This document shows positions 1 to 14,485 of a stretch of 64,000 nt of DNA, in pieces. The stretch's first letter is position 1. The number at the start of each line of letters is the position of its first letter. Below the pieces are notes generated by a model that saw nothing but the letters and a program-made list of their open reading frames with translations, searched no databases and was not told the origin of the DNA. This stretch comes from Octopus vulgaris. Taxonomy: Eukaryota. Where the stretch lies: contig OX597821.1 of assembly GCA_951406725.2 (NCBI GenBank), positions 71,362,001-71,426,000 of the forward strand, in the 5' to 3' direction. The translations under genes were made by a program, and so were the position numbers.

Positions 1-69
1 AGGGTGCCCATTGTTATTATTGTTGTTATTATTATTTTAAACAAAATTAACAAATATAAGAAATCTGAC

Positions 70-280
70 CTGAACTGAATTTCACCTCCACAAATCAACT
101 CAGCATTTCAGAGTTCCCAGTTTTGGAGCAAACCTCACCAGAGTTTTGTGGTGGCTGATTCTATGAAAGGTATTGAGTCCCAGTAAATAGATAACTCTTG
201 ATGAATCTCATTTAAGATCGCTAGATTCTGCCAATGCTCTAAATACCCAGCATCCAATAAAGAGAGACATTTTCCCGATA
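70..280 (-). CDS. Weak candidate host exon (SGKCLSLLDAGYLEHWQNLAILNEIHQELSIYWDSIPFIESATTKLW*, stop at 135-137)
   Basis: Minus-strand acceptor tttatttattttgttttcag ends at 281 and donor-like cag|gtcaga lies at 70/69. One open frame; no recognised homology. Confidence 0.2.
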
Positions 281-1440
281 CTGAAAACAAAATAAATAAA
301 ATGCCACCGAACAAAGAAAAATATCAAATTGGCAGTTATGATAAAAACCAACAAAAACAACTTCTAATTTGTGAACTTGTTGAAAGAGTTTGAAGATGGC
401 TGCACGATAAATTTAAGTCTATTTTTGTCGTCTATCGTATAAGTTGTAATCATCCTGGAATCGTACGTTATAGATTTATGTCGGAAAGTTTCCCATGTTA
501 GGCTGCAGAAAGCCTTATAGGCATACAGGAGAAAAAGAAACTCCAACAGCTTTAAACTTTACTTCTAAAAGAGCTACAAAGTAAATCTTAACCGTTTCGT
601 CCTTTATCGTGAGTTTTTTTTTAATATTACTTATTATCAGTTTATTATAATACGAAAATCTATTAGTGGCACACATTGGTAATCTATTAGTGGCGCATAT
701 TCACAAAGAGAAGATTGAACAATTATTGCTTATAATAATAGACGTTATCAATAAATTCATCGACTCAGGCATGAAAGTGTGGTTAATAAACATCAACTGT
801 TCTTCCTCTATTCGAAGAGGTTGAAAGCTAGTTACTTTTTATTCTAAAACGTTCGTAATGAGATGGACCAGAGCAAGTCCAAGAACAGGCTCCACTTGTC
901 TGGAAGCACTTGCTGTTGCAGTTAAAGCTAGAATTTCCATACTTACATTACATTCAAACAGGCTGCCTTACTTACCGGCTACTTTTCTTTCATATGCTTG
1001 CCTGGTATTGAATTTAAAATACTCACCACCCCGATAAAATTCTTGGTTAACTTTAACCAACAGAGAGTTAATCTCGATAACAATCACATCACAATAAATG
1101 TTTTGTGTTCTTAACAGCACGAGACAAATCCTGTAGATTGGACGCTCAACGAATCAGTCAAATGCTTTCAATACACAAAGAGTTTAAAGTTGCTTAGAGA
1201 AATTATATCTGATGATAGTTTGGAAACAACACGCAATTTGGTTAGTCTGTCTAGTTCTACGAAAATATCCAATCCATCTCTGACCTTGGCACACAAAAAC
1301 ACTTCTATATTTATTGTTGTTTCTATAATAACAGAACAAAATTCTTATTTCTTATCATAATTAAATAAAAAAATAACAAATACAGTTGTTCTCTTTTTCA
1401 CATCTTTATAAACATTGGCAGGAAACTACTATATTTGTGT

Positions 1441-2058
1441 AGATATTCTTTTCTAATCTAGGCACAAGGCCTGAAATTTTGGGAGAGGAGGGACCAGTCG
1501 ATTAGATCGACCTCAGTACGCAACTGGTACTTAATTTATCGAACCCGTAAGGATGAAAGGCAAAGTCGACTTCGGCGGAATTTGAACTCAGAACGTAAAA
1601 ACAAGCGAAATAACGCTAACTATTTCGCCCGGCGAGCTAACGTTTCTTATTTTTTTACTGCCCACAAGGGGTTACACACAGAGGGGACAAACAAGAACAA
1701 AAAGATTAAGTCGATTATATCAACCACAGTGCATAACTGGTACTTATTTAATCGACCCCGAAAGGATGAAAGGCAAAGTCGACCTCGACGGAATTTGAAC
1801 TCAGAACGTAAAGACAGACGAAATACCTATTTCTTTACTACCCACAAGGGGCTAAACACAGAGGGGACAAACAAGGACAGACAAAGAGATTAAGTCGATT
1901 ACATCGACCCCTGTGCGTAACTGGTACTTAATTTATCGACCCCGAAAGGATGAAAGGCAAAGTCGATCTCGGCTGAATTTGAACTCAGAACGTAGCGGCA
2001 GACGAAATACCGCTAAGCATTTCGCCCGGCGTGCTAACGTTCCTGCCAGCTCGCCGCC
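1441..2058 (-). mobile_element. tRNA-derived SINE family A, composite with three tandem bodies
   Basis: Head ggcggcgagctggcag at 2058, B-box-like gagttcaaattc, three copies of the core gcctttcatcctttcggggtcgat. Flanked by direct repeat tatatttgtgt (1430-1440/2059-2069). Confidence 0.9.
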
Positions 2059-2090
2059 TATATTTGTGTTAATGTTAAATTGCTGTGTAA

Positions 2091-2261
2091 GGCGGCGAAT
2101 TGGCGAAATCGCTAGAACGTTCAGGGTTCAATCCCCGCCGAGATCGACTTTGACTTTTATTCTTTCGGGGTCAATAAAATAGGTACCAGTTGAGCAGTGG
2201 GATCGATGTAATCGATATACCCGCTCTCCTGAACTTGGCGGCCTTGTACCAAAATTTGAAG
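2091..2261 (+). mobile_element. SINE family A, diverged and internally deleted copy
   Basis: ggcggcgaattggc head, tctttcggggtcaataaaataggtaccagtt core, ggccttgtaccaaaatttgaa tail. Confidence 0.75.
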
Positions 2262-2821
2262 CCTATATTGAATTGCTGCAAAACAACATGGACAGCAGTC
2301 CAGATATTACATATATACATGGATTCATAGGAGGTTATATATATAATCAAATACGAAATAGAAGCACCATGAATGTAATAGACATTATTGATCACATATA
2401 CCCAACGTACATGCCTTGTGTATTTGATGGAAGGCTGCGATACGAAATGGTGGATATTACTGCCTTGTAGCGGCCACTGTTAAAAAAATTCAGGAGTAAT
2501 GGACATCGTTGTTTTGTCATTTTCGGGGTTTATCAAATACCGGAGCCGAATCGGAAGTGAGTCATTGCCAGTCCATGACTTATATGCATATAGTATGAAA
2601 ACGATTTGCTTGTATGCCCGGACAAGGTAAGAATAAATTTAGACATGAAATGGGAACAGCGCCAGTGAAATAAAAATTATCGACCACATACAGTCAACAA
2701 ACAACTCCCGTGCTTTTGCCGCTAGGCTGCAATATGGCATGGTGGAAGTTACTGCCTCAAAGCGCGCAGTGTTAAAACACCGGAAAGTCATGAACAGGAG
2801 AGGCAACTTACACCAGTTCCC

Positions 2822-2897
2822 ATTCAGGAGTGATGGACATCGATGGGCATCGATATTGAGAAGCCACTAAAAATGGCGATGTCCATCAATCCTGAAT
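2822..2897. other. 21-bp inverted repeat (one mismatch) around a 34-nt loop
   Basis: attcaggagtgatggacatcg (2822-2842) pairs with cgatgtccatcaatcctgaat (2877-2897). Confidence 0.8.
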
Positions 2898-3028
2898 AAA
2901 ATCCGGGGCTGAGATGTCTCGCCTGTCCGTCACTCTCAGCTTTGAGAGAGTCATTTCCACCGCGCTATTCGCAGCCTGCCAGTAAATACACAGGATACGT
3001 ACGTTATGTGTGGCCGATAGTGTTTAAG

Positions 3029-3037
3029 ATATATATA

Positions 3038-3097
<60 letters not shown>

Positions 3098-3134
3098 TTG
3101 TTTGTGTATATATTTTTACATATATATATATTTG

Positions 3135-3178
<44 letters not shown>

Positions 3179-3235
3179 TACATATATATATATACATATA
3201 CATATATATATATATATATATACATACATATATAA

Positions 3236-3278
<43 letters not shown>

Positions 3279-3370
3279 CTAAACTGGCAATATGACCATT
3301 CCGAAATATAACAATATCTGTTTCAACACACGACTTCACATAAAAAATCTTGCACAACAAATATTTAAAC

Positions 3371-3433
<63 letters not shown>

Positions 3434-3480
3434 CATATGTACATATATAGGTATATACATATATACTTATATGTGTGTGA
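3029..3480. repeat. (TA)n-dominated microsatellite blocks
   Basis: Visible directly; source of the YIYI pseudo-ORFs. Confidence 0.95.
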
Positions 3481-3852
3481 GTGTATAAATACATTATTTG
3501 AAGTTGAAAGTTCTTTAATCGTAACTTTGAATTTCACATTACTGTTTCAGTTCAATAAATTAAAAAATGAAAACGCCTCAATCCAGATGCTGCTATTCCT
3601 AGATATCATATTCACGGACTAATCTTTATTATTTTACTAATTGGGTGGTCGTATTCGAAAACGGTAGAACAGAATAGCAGTCGTTGTTAAAAGAGCAGAT
3701 ATAATGTCGCTGAAGACATAATGGGGGGAATATAAAATACACTTATCTTACCAGTCATAAATATGGGAAGAAGACAGACATGAGATCAGACGTGACAACA
3801 GGCTAACTCTCAACTGCTGAAGTTCTGGGTTTCGGATTTTCAGCTATGTTCT

Positions 3853-3854
3853 CA

Positions 3855-3895
<41 letters not shown>

Positions 3896-3932
3896 ATATA
3901 TGTATATGTATATGTATATATATATCTCTTTA

Positions 3933-4017
<85 letters not shown>

Positions 4018-4054
4018 GTCTGTCTATCTATCTATATATCTATCTATCTATCTA

Positions 4055-4140
<86 letters not shown>

Positions 4141-4167
4141 CATGTATGTATATATATATATATATAT
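3853..4167. repeat. Compound (TATATG)n-(TATC)n-(TA)n microsatellite
   Basis: Visible directly. Confidence 0.95.
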
Positions 4168-4175
4168 GCAGCTAC

Positions 4176-4751
4176 TTTTTCAATTCTTCCTTACAAATGG
4201 TAAACTCCCGGGCAAACTAAAGGAGGGGAAAATATGCCCTATCCATAAAGGAGGAAGCAGAGCAGATGCTAAAAACTATAGGCCTATCTCTCTGACCACA
4301 AACATCAGTAAAGTCATGGAACGAATAGTCCGAAGGAAATTAATTGCCTTCCTTGAAGGGAATGATTTGCTGACTGACACCCAACATGGTTTTCGACCAG
4401 GGAGAAGCTACCTGACACAGCTCTTGCAACACTACGACTGGGTGCTAAAGCAGCTGCTAAACAACTCAAATGTGGACGTGATATACCTCGACTTTGAAAA
4501 GCTTTGATAAAGTCGACCATGGTATGATTTGTCACAAGCTGCGAAATTTTGGCATTGTTGGAAAAGATAGAAGACTGGTAGTGGTGGTCAATGGGGCCAC
4601 ATCCGAGAAACTCAAATAATGAGTAGTGTTCCACGGGGCACTGTCCTGGGCACCCTGCTATTCATAGTGGCCCTCAAGTTACTACCCTTGCCAGCTATGC
4701 AGACGATACAAAAGTCTCTCAGACGATACAGAACGCTGAAGACGTTGTGCA
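4176..4751 (+). mobile_element. CR1/L2-group LINE reverse-transcriptase fragment, frameshifted
   Basis: PIHKGG...NYRPISLT...QHGFRPGRS...DVIYLDF(E)KAFDKVDH, VPRGTVLGTLLF and a decayed YADD motif. Confidence 0.9.
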
Positions 4752-4798
4752 TTAATCATTATAATTGTCTTAATTATGAATATTGTATATTATCACTA

Positions 4799-4858
<60 letters not shown>

Positions 4859-4933
4859 GGAAATGGATGCGTGGCGTTCGATCACATTTATATATATATT
4901 ATATATATATAATTAATTTTACCCTCAATTTTG

Positions 4934-4979
<46 letters not shown>

Positions 4980-5035
4980 CATGCATACATACATATATGT
5001 ACATGCCTACATATATATGTATATATAAATGCATA

Positions 5036-5585
5036 TATGGGTATAGGACGTCAAAAAGGCGTGAACAAACAGAGAAACGAGACAGGCAACATAAAGAACA
5101 TTCCCTTCCTTAGTTGTCCCTTGTTTTATCTATTCCGCGTTTCGGAGGTAGGGACTTCGAAACGCGGAGTGGATAAAACCGGGGACAACTGATGAAGGGA
5201 ATGTTCTTTATGTTGCTTGCCTCGTTTATCTGTTTCTTTGTTTTTTTCTTTGTTCAAAAAAAGTTCGTTTTCTATGTTTTTCAGTTCTATATTTAAGAGA
5301 TGAGGAATTATGCACATTATTTACATTATTTACATTTGACGGATATTTATCCTCATCTTGTTTGTTGTTAACGCAACGTTTCGGCTGATATACCCTCCAG
5401 CCTTCATCAGGTGTCTTGTTGAAATTTGGAACCTGATGGCCGGATAATTGAAGAGATGGCGGCGTGGGTTTCCGCCCCGACATCCGAAACACGGAGCTTT
5501 ATCATGGCTACCGAATAATTGTCACATATATTTACAGATAAATTCTATTTACATACAGATAAATTCATCTATTTTCATTCTTTTG
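5036..5585. mobile_element. Non-coding Penelope-like (PLE) terminal-repeat derivatives; fold-back 5067-5235
   Basis: Inverted arms of about 75 bp containing GAAAC and CTGATGA motifs. The end gacgtcct(a/g)tac is shared with 19470-19662 and 30220-30405. Embedded in (TA)n. Confidence 0.6.
5371..5414 (-). ncRNA. Minimal type I hammerhead ribozyme motif
   Basis: acac-CTGATGA-a-ggctg[gagggtatat]cagcc-GAAAC-GTT-gcgt; palindromic ACGT stem III, one stem I mismatch. Confidence 0.7.
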
Positions 5586-5623
5586 TTGTCTTACCATTTC
5601 TAGCAATATATATATATATATAT

Positions 5624-5937
5624 ACTCTTTACTCTTTTACTCTGTTACTTGTTTCAGTCATTTGACTGCGGCTATGCTGGAGTACCGCCTTTAGTCGAGC
5701 AACTCGACCCCGGGATTTATTCTTTGTAAGCCCAGTACTTATTCTATCGGTCTCTTTTGCCGAACCGCTAAGTGACGGGGACATAAACACACCAGCATCG
5801 GTTGTCAAGCAATGCTAAGGGGACAAACAGACACACAAACATACACGCATACATATATATATATACATATATACGACGGGCTTCTTTCAGTTTCCTCTAC
5901 CAAATCCACTCACAAGGCTTTGGTCAGCCTGAGGCTG
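5624..5937 (-). mobile_element. SINE family B, 5'-truncated
   Basis: Matches the 54841-55243 copy; (aaagagt)n tail. Confidence 0.9.
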
Positions 5938-6021
5938 AAAATATTAAAGATACGATAAAATATTTACCTGGAACTAAATAAAGTACGAAATAATAAATAA
6001 ATAGTATGTAATTAGTAAATA

Positions 6022-6102
6022 GACTACAAGTGTTTCGTGGCTATATTTTCAAATTGATAACAGTAAAATCAATTCAGTTTAAATATAGTCACTCATCAGG
6101 TC
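6022..6102 (-). ncRNA. Type I hammerhead motif with long stem II
   Basis: gac-CTGATGA-gtgactatattt...aaatatagccac-GAAAC-actt-GTA-gtc. Confidence 0.75.
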
Positions 6103-6145
6103 CAAAATGAAAACAAGAAAATAATAAAATAAATGTACGTATATT

Positions 6146-6444
6146 CTGTTGTGTCTGGGGAGAGTCATTCTCTTTTAGGGCCTTATTAATTAACACACTC
6201 ACCAGTAAAATTTCTACTTATTTCTTATTTTTATTTTCTAAAATTTTAAATAATGGACAGAGTCAAGACTATTGAAAAGGTTGCAAGACGCAACGAAAAT
6301 TTAAAAAAATAAAAATAAGAAATAAGTGAAATTTTTACCGGTGAGTGTAAGGCCCTAAAAGAGAATGACTCTACCCAGACACAACAGAATATGCTTCAAC
6401 ACACGAACTCATATAAAGAATCTTGCAAACCAAATCCAAAAACG
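6146..6444. mobile_element. Fold-back PLE-like element with 15-bp flanking duplication; degraded U3/A8 hammerhead at 6269-6302
   Basis: Long inverted arms; aaatgtacgtatatt at 6131-6145 and 6445-6459; second copy of the family at 51886-52095. Confidence 0.7.
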
Positions 6445-6780
6445 AAATGTACGTATATTATATCTTATAAGAAAATATAAATATATATAAAAATACGTAA
6501 TTTTTCAATACAAAATCGAACAAATTTCAACAATATATTTTAAAACAAAATCGAATATTTTATCAAATATAATCTGTTAACTAAATCTTGAAACATAGGA
6601 CTTGGTGTTTATAATAAATTTATCGCGTTAAAACGTGGTGTAAATAAAACTACAATAAATAGATAGAAATATTTATTATATCTATGAAAATACATTTTAG
6701 CTTATAGAAGAAAAAATTACAAACTATAGTATATCATTACTGGAAAATTAAAATACAAGTAATTAATACAAAATTTTTAA

Positions 6781-6823
<43 letters not shown>

Positions 6824-7120
6824 ATACACACTAAGTGAAGCTAAAATACTATAATTTAAACTATACCCATTAAATTATTTATTTATTTAATAAACATCTA
6901 AGTTAAATCTTATTCTAATTATGTAATATATACTAAAAAACTTCATTCTAACTTATATACATAATACTACTACAAACTATAACTAAAAGAATTAAAAATA
7001 GAAAATGGTTCAAATACATGCACACAAATTAGTTAAACGTATTATATAATAAATTCTTTTTTTCTATATGGTATGATTAGGTATATCATTTTTGAATTGC
7101 TACATGGGGGTTCTTCTCTA

Positions 7121-7189
<69 letters not shown>

Positions 7190-7302
7190 AAATATTCTAT
7201 AATTATATACATGATTATAATCAGGGGTCAGCTAAGTGCCTCGCCACGTATGTATGTATGTATATATATATCTCTCTGTGTATCTTTTTTTCTCTCTGTG
7301 TA

Positions 7303-7340
7303 TCTTTCTGTTGAAGAGCGTAGGCTCGAAACGTTAAAGA
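7303..7340 (+). ncRNA. Minimal hammerhead-like motif, A6U core variant
   Basis: tcttt-CTGTTGA-a-gagc[gtag]gctc-GAAAC-GTT-aaaga. Confidence 0.55.
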
Positions 7341-7437
7341 CTTGTTTTATTTATATTTCCTGAGCGCCATACTAATACAATTGTTCGTTTGTTTTCCACC
7401 TGCCTTCGTCTTTTGTCTATTTTCATAAAGCTTCCCG

Positions 7438-7473
<36 letters not shown>

Positions 7474-7568
7474 CGGGAAGCTTTATGAAAATAAACAAAA
7501 GACGAAGGCAGGTGGAGTACAAAAAAACAATTGTATTAGTATGGCGCTCAGAATATAAATAAAACAAG

Positions 7569-7606
7569 TCTTTTACGTTTCGAGCCTACACTCTTCAACA
7601 GAAAGA
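7569..7606 (-). ncRNA. Minimal hammerhead-like motif, A6U core variant
   Basis: tcttt-CTGTTGA-a-gagt[gtag]gctc-GAAAC-GTA-aaaga. Confidence 0.55.
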
Positions 7607-7679
7607 TACACAGAAAAGAAACACGGAGAGAAACAAGGAGAGAAGAAAAATGCGTGCAGAAGCTAGCGATTCAACATGG

Positions 7680-8949
<1,270 letters not shown>

Positions 8950-9557
8950 CAGATAGATATACACATCTATACATCTATACATATATGTGTGTGTGTGTAT
9001 GCAAATAAACATTAGTTGGTTGGTTGACTTCGGTATTCGGGCTGTACATAGTAGGAGAGAGGGTTAAAAAGAAGAAAAGATAGACTCAGAAAGTTCACAT
9101 AAAATGCGCAGGATGAGTGTTTGGCAGTGAGTAAAACAGGGTTATCTCCGCTCAATGGATGCTATTTTCTTCCCTTCTTTTGTTTGTAAGTTTTCGACAA
9201 TTGAAATATTTTACATGCTATAACAATATGAAGGCTGTTCTTAGATTACGTGACCACATAGGAATATTCTGAAATTTCGTAATGTCTACTAGAGATCTAA
9301 ATTATGGTGGTTTATCGTTTGTAAGATATACTAAAAGACGGCAAATAAATCAGTTTAATAAATCTTTGTAATTAGAGATATTATTTACACTACGTGTACA
9401 ATTCCCAAATGTCTTTCAAAATTTAAGCTTACTTTTGTATGTTACAGACTATATATATATGGGTATGTGTGTGTGTGTGTGTGTGCGCGCATGTGTGTGT
9501 ATGTATACATATGCATATATATGCATGTATGTATATGTGTGTATATGTATGTATATG

Positions 9558-9597
<40 letters not shown>

Positions 9598-9646
9598 CAC
9601 ACACATACATTTTGATTTTAAATTCACATATATATACATATATGTC

Positions 9647-9677
<31 letters not shown>

Positions 9678-10468
9678 GACATATATGTATATATATATAT
9701 ATATATATACATATACAGACATATATGTATATATATGTGAATTTAAGATCAAAATGAGGGTGAAAAATTGGATATTAATTTGATAACATCAATTTTAACA
9801 CCAGTGTTCTAGCATATAAAAAACTGGGATTCAGTAAATATATATGTGTATTTATATATACATAATATATACATAGATTGAAAGAGAAGGGAGAGAGAGA
9901 TAAATAGATACATTTATATATTTTTTATATTTTTGCTAACGTTAGGATGATTGCGAATTGGTCTAAAGGGTGTGTCATAATAACGGTAATAAGAGTATGT
10001 TTATTACGAAACTAGTAGTAAGAAGAACAGCAACAACGACAAAATGAGTAACATGAAATCAGGCAGAGCAGCACCAGCGGTAGCAGCAACAGCAGCTGTA
10101 GCAGCAACAATAATACTACCAACAACAATTTGGCAGAGGACAGCAAATTTTGTTGAAAGTATTCGATTAAATTATTTATGTATGTATATGTATGTGTGAA
10201 TGTGTATGTATGTATGTATGTATGTATGTATGTATGTATGTATGTATGTATGTATGTATGTATGTATGTATGTATGTATGTATGTGTGTATGTAGACATC
10301 ACGGAATGTAAAGGGAAAAAAAGTGGACTTCGATGGGAATTGAACAAAGAGTCTGAAGGCCTGAAAATATATGCCGTAAATTGTCCTGACGACCGTTCCT
10401 CAACTCTCTCTTGCCACTCACTGTCCTAATAATAATAACGCAGTTTTCAATATACGAAACGCTTACAA

Positions 10469-10501
<33 letters not shown>

Positions 10502-10534
10502 CAGAGAGACAGAGAGAGACAGAGAGAGAGAGAC

Positions 10535-10566
<32 letters not shown>

Positions 10567-10674
10567 GGTGGGGAAAGAGAGAGACAGAGACAGACAGACA
10601 GAGGGTGATGCAGATACACACGCTTGAGTTTGATATATGAAATATACACATATGTATACATGCAAATGTATACG

Positions 10675-10712
<38 letters not shown>

Positions 10713-10841
10713 GACAAACAAAAACTGAAAATATTCGGACGAATTTTTATGTATAAACATAGAAATCTTTACATTTTCACATAACAAGTTTACAAAGAGT
10801 ACAAACTATACAGAAAACTAAGGAGAGATGGAAGGTTTTTC

Positions 10842-10962
10842 AAGTTCGACAGCTGTTTCTGAAGGATCGGAATTACTTAATAGTTTTAATGTTGGTAGAT
10901 GGAATGTGCGAGCATTACAGCAATTACGTGATTCCGAGCATCCAGAAACGGCTGTCGGACTT
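10842..10962. mobile_element. Fold-back containing a hammerhead 3' half (GAAAC-[a/g]gct-GTC) in both arms
   Basis: aagttcgacagctgtttctg...cagaaacggctgtcggactt; 5' core not found. Confidence 0.45.
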
Positions 10963-11739
10963 TAAGCACCAGGCCTTGTATTTTTTGTACTCCATGTAAG
11001 TTTGTTCTGTGAATATATAAGTATCTATGTTCTTATACTGAGTCTTCATCAAAATATTTCCAGTTCTTGTTTGTCTCTCTATATATCCTAATATATATTT
11101 ACATGTGTATATGTATTTTATATTTTGTACATCAATCTCAAGCGTGTTTATATACATCACTATCTCCATACATTTCACTTATAACTACTCATTACCCCGC
11201 GGACTTAATCGTCGATAAAGAATTCGGAGTGTACGTTCGAACCATTTGAGCACTACTTCGTATTGACTGTACATATATATAAATGTGTGTGTGTGTGTGT
11301 GTGTGTGTACAGCTTTATACGTCGGCTTTGGTGTGTGAGGATCCAACAATCTATGTCGTAGATGTCAAGATTACCCACGCAAATTATTTGTTTTCAGAGG
11401 TGAAGATTTGTGTAGGACCAGCCACAACCTTCTGCGAATGCTGATAATAGCAGAAATTTGCTGCAAATGTCTGGCACAAACTCAATGAACAATACGCCTC
11501 AGGTTTTTTGATTAGCGTTCTCTTCATTGGTTAGTGACCTTTGCTTAGTGTTCAATCTAATCTTGTACGCCATATGCGCACCTGAGTAGCAAAGCAGAAA
11601 TTTCTAAGTTCTGGCGCATGCGTACATCAGGTAACTCGATAACTCGAGTTACGTATATCAGGTAACTCGAGTTTCATCCGCCTCTTTGACACCGCTCTCC
11701 AAAATCACCCTGGTTTGATGGTTTAGTCGCCGACCCATA

Positions 11740-12158
11740 TATTTCTTTACTACCCATAAGGGGCTAAACATAGAGGGGACAAACAAGTACAGACAAAGGT
11801 ATTAAGTCGATTACATCGACCCCAGTGCGAAACTGATATTTTATTTATCGACCCCAAAAAGGATGAAAGGCAAAGTCGACCTCGGCGGAATTTGAACTCA
11901 GAACGTAATGACAGACGAAATACTTATTTGCTTACTACCCACAAGGGGCTAAACACAGAGAGGACAAACAAGGACAGACAAACGGATTAAATCGATTATA
12001 TCGACCCCAGTGCGTAACTGGTACTTAATTTATCGACCCCGAAAAGATGAAAGGCAAAGTCGACCTCGGCGGAATTTGAACCCAGAACGTAACGGCAGAC
12101 GAAACACGGCTACGCAATTCGTCCAGCGCGCTAACGTTTCTGCCAGCTCGCCGCCTTA
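11740..12158 (-). mobile_element. SINE family A, two tandem bodies
   Basis: 16-bp TSD tagtcgccgacccata at 11724-11739 and 12159-12174. Confidence 0.92.
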
Positions 12159-12269
12159 TAGTCGCCGACCCATAACATGTAAACACATATACACGCGCAT
12201 GTATGTACGCACGTAGACAAACGTACACACACACACATACACATGTACATACACACACACACACACACA

Positions 12270-12303
<34 letters not shown>

Positions 12304-13069
12304 TAAGAGACAAGCCTTGGTTCACCATATTGACTTCCCCGTCGTCCACAGATATTTTCTGTTATCGATATCGGCATAGATGAACTGTTAGTTCGACCCA
12401 AGCGATTACTAAAAACAGTGCAAAGGTTAGTAAAAGTATTGTAACTACAAACTGCAGTATATTTTGACTAGAATTCTACCATTTCTGCAGACACCACCCT
12501 TAGAACAGCAACAACAACGATAGTAAAATTTAATCCTGTACAAGTTCTGAAAGATTTGTTGAAACAAAACATATAAGTTAAATAAAATGAGGGAACATTA
12601 GAATTAAGAAAAATATATGAAAGCTACGTGCGACAAATAATTATCTTCAACTTATTCTTCTTATTGTTTACTGTTTCATGCAAAGGAAATAAAGTTTATT
12701 CTGTTAGACTTCAAACAAATGGGTTTTCACTTGAACTTCAAGGTTGTGTGCATTGGGGTCAACACATCTCAGTGCAACGAAAAGGTTTCTGATGACTCAA
12801 TCAAAACTATATCCGTTCTCCGTTTCTCTATCTCTTTACTTCTTCCTCGCCCAGCACATATGTAGGTACATATATGTATGTATGTATGAATGAATATATG
12901 TATGTATGTACGTACGTATGTATGTATGTACGTACGTATGTATGTATGTATGTATGTATGTATGTACGTACGTATGTATGTATGTACGTACGTACGTATG
13001 TATGTATGTATGTACGTATGTATGTATGTATGCATGCATGTATGTGTATGTACATGTACATAACACACA

Positions 13070-13396
13070 CTGCTCAAAATCTCTCGTGGAAGCGTCATCC
13101 AACCGAAGTACAAATATATGGGAAACTACCACCTGTGTCATCTCTTGTGAAATGTAGAAGAGTCCAGTTTGCTGGACATTGTTGTAGAGCTGAAAACGAG
13201 GTAATCTCTACTCTTTTCCTCTAGAAGCCATCTGCTCGTGATACCAGAGGGCGCGCACACTCCTACCCTGATGTAATCTCCAGGGATACAGGCATCCAGC
13301 AACAGGACCTCCGTAAGGCTATGATGGACTGTGAGGTCTGGCGTAACATAGTAAATTCCATTGTCTCGACCACGGTTGAACAATGATGATGATGAT
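13070..13396 (+). mobile_element. RTE-group LINE 3' end
   Basis: QNLSWKRHPT...RRVQFAGHCCR...AMMDCEVWR followed by a (tga)n tail. Confidence 0.8.
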
Positions 13397-14485
13397 GTGT
13401 GTGTGTGTATCAGTGTGTGTGTCTATTGTTCTAATTAGAGTGTTGAGCTCCTTCTGTGGATCCAACAGCATTGGAATTCTGGTGACGACGGACGGCCCAG
13501 AATGGCATACATTGGTCAACTCCCTTGCGATGTCATGTCACAAACAGAAGACCTGAAAATTGCCGTGGAATATAGGAAAGATTCGAGAGAAAGAATAGTT
13601 CTGGTCAAGGCAACCCACTCGAAACGGTAAATAGATGCGCCTTCCATTTGTTTTTAAAACGAATGTGATTTGAGTGATATTTGGTTACTATTTCTAGCAG
13701 ATCAGACTGATATTAAAATGCATTCTAGTCATGACCATCGCAACCCTTTTACAGACTGTGCATTACTCAGGGTTTCCTTTCTTTTTTAAACGTTTGTGAG
13801 GGAAATTGGATTGCTATTTCTGGCCGGTTGAGCAACCATTTAGAGGTTATGTCGTTGATGAATGTTCATTAATTTTATCATTAGTCAAAAAAAAAAGGCT
13901 TAGCTACAAAGAAAAGAAAAAAGAAACAAAAGAAAAACAAAACATTTCTTTATGAATGACAGTGAAACATGTAGTTGTATCTGCTGAAGTAATATTTGTT
14001 ATAAAGAAGAAAAAAATCGCGGTTGCCTGCTGGTTGTCAAGCGATAGAGGCACAAAACACGTCTACTACATTCTTTACAAAAATCCCGCGTTATCAATGT
14101 GTCAACGTAGTATTATTAGTATTATCATCAACACGTAGAACAATATTTTTTTTATTTAGATCCTCTTGTTTTGATTTGGCAAAAAATACGAGCTAAGCAG
14201 CGACATCAGATTACATTCGCAGTGTGAAGCAGGTTTATTTATTACGTAACAAAAAACCAAAATTAAACACCAACCAGGCTTTTTTGCTAAAGAACATCTC
14301 TCCTTTTACATATATTATTTATATATCCAGTCACACGCATAGATCTTCACACACACACACACACACATGCATACACACACACGCACACGCACACACACAA
14401 ACACACACACACACGCACACGCACACACACACATATATGGAAAAAAGTTAAGATAGAAAATGCTAAAATAATTTTATAAAAAACA

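Larger units (their letters stand above)
7290..7620. mobile_element. Inverted pair of PLE-like terminal repeats around a (TA)n core
   Basis: 7290-7440 is the reverse complement of 7470-7620. Confidence 0.75.

Noticed and set aside
1582-2182. Recurrent ORF MRNWYL..RPRKDERQSRPRRNLNSER (also at 12010, 23660, 50984)
   Set aside because: Antisense reading of SINE A.
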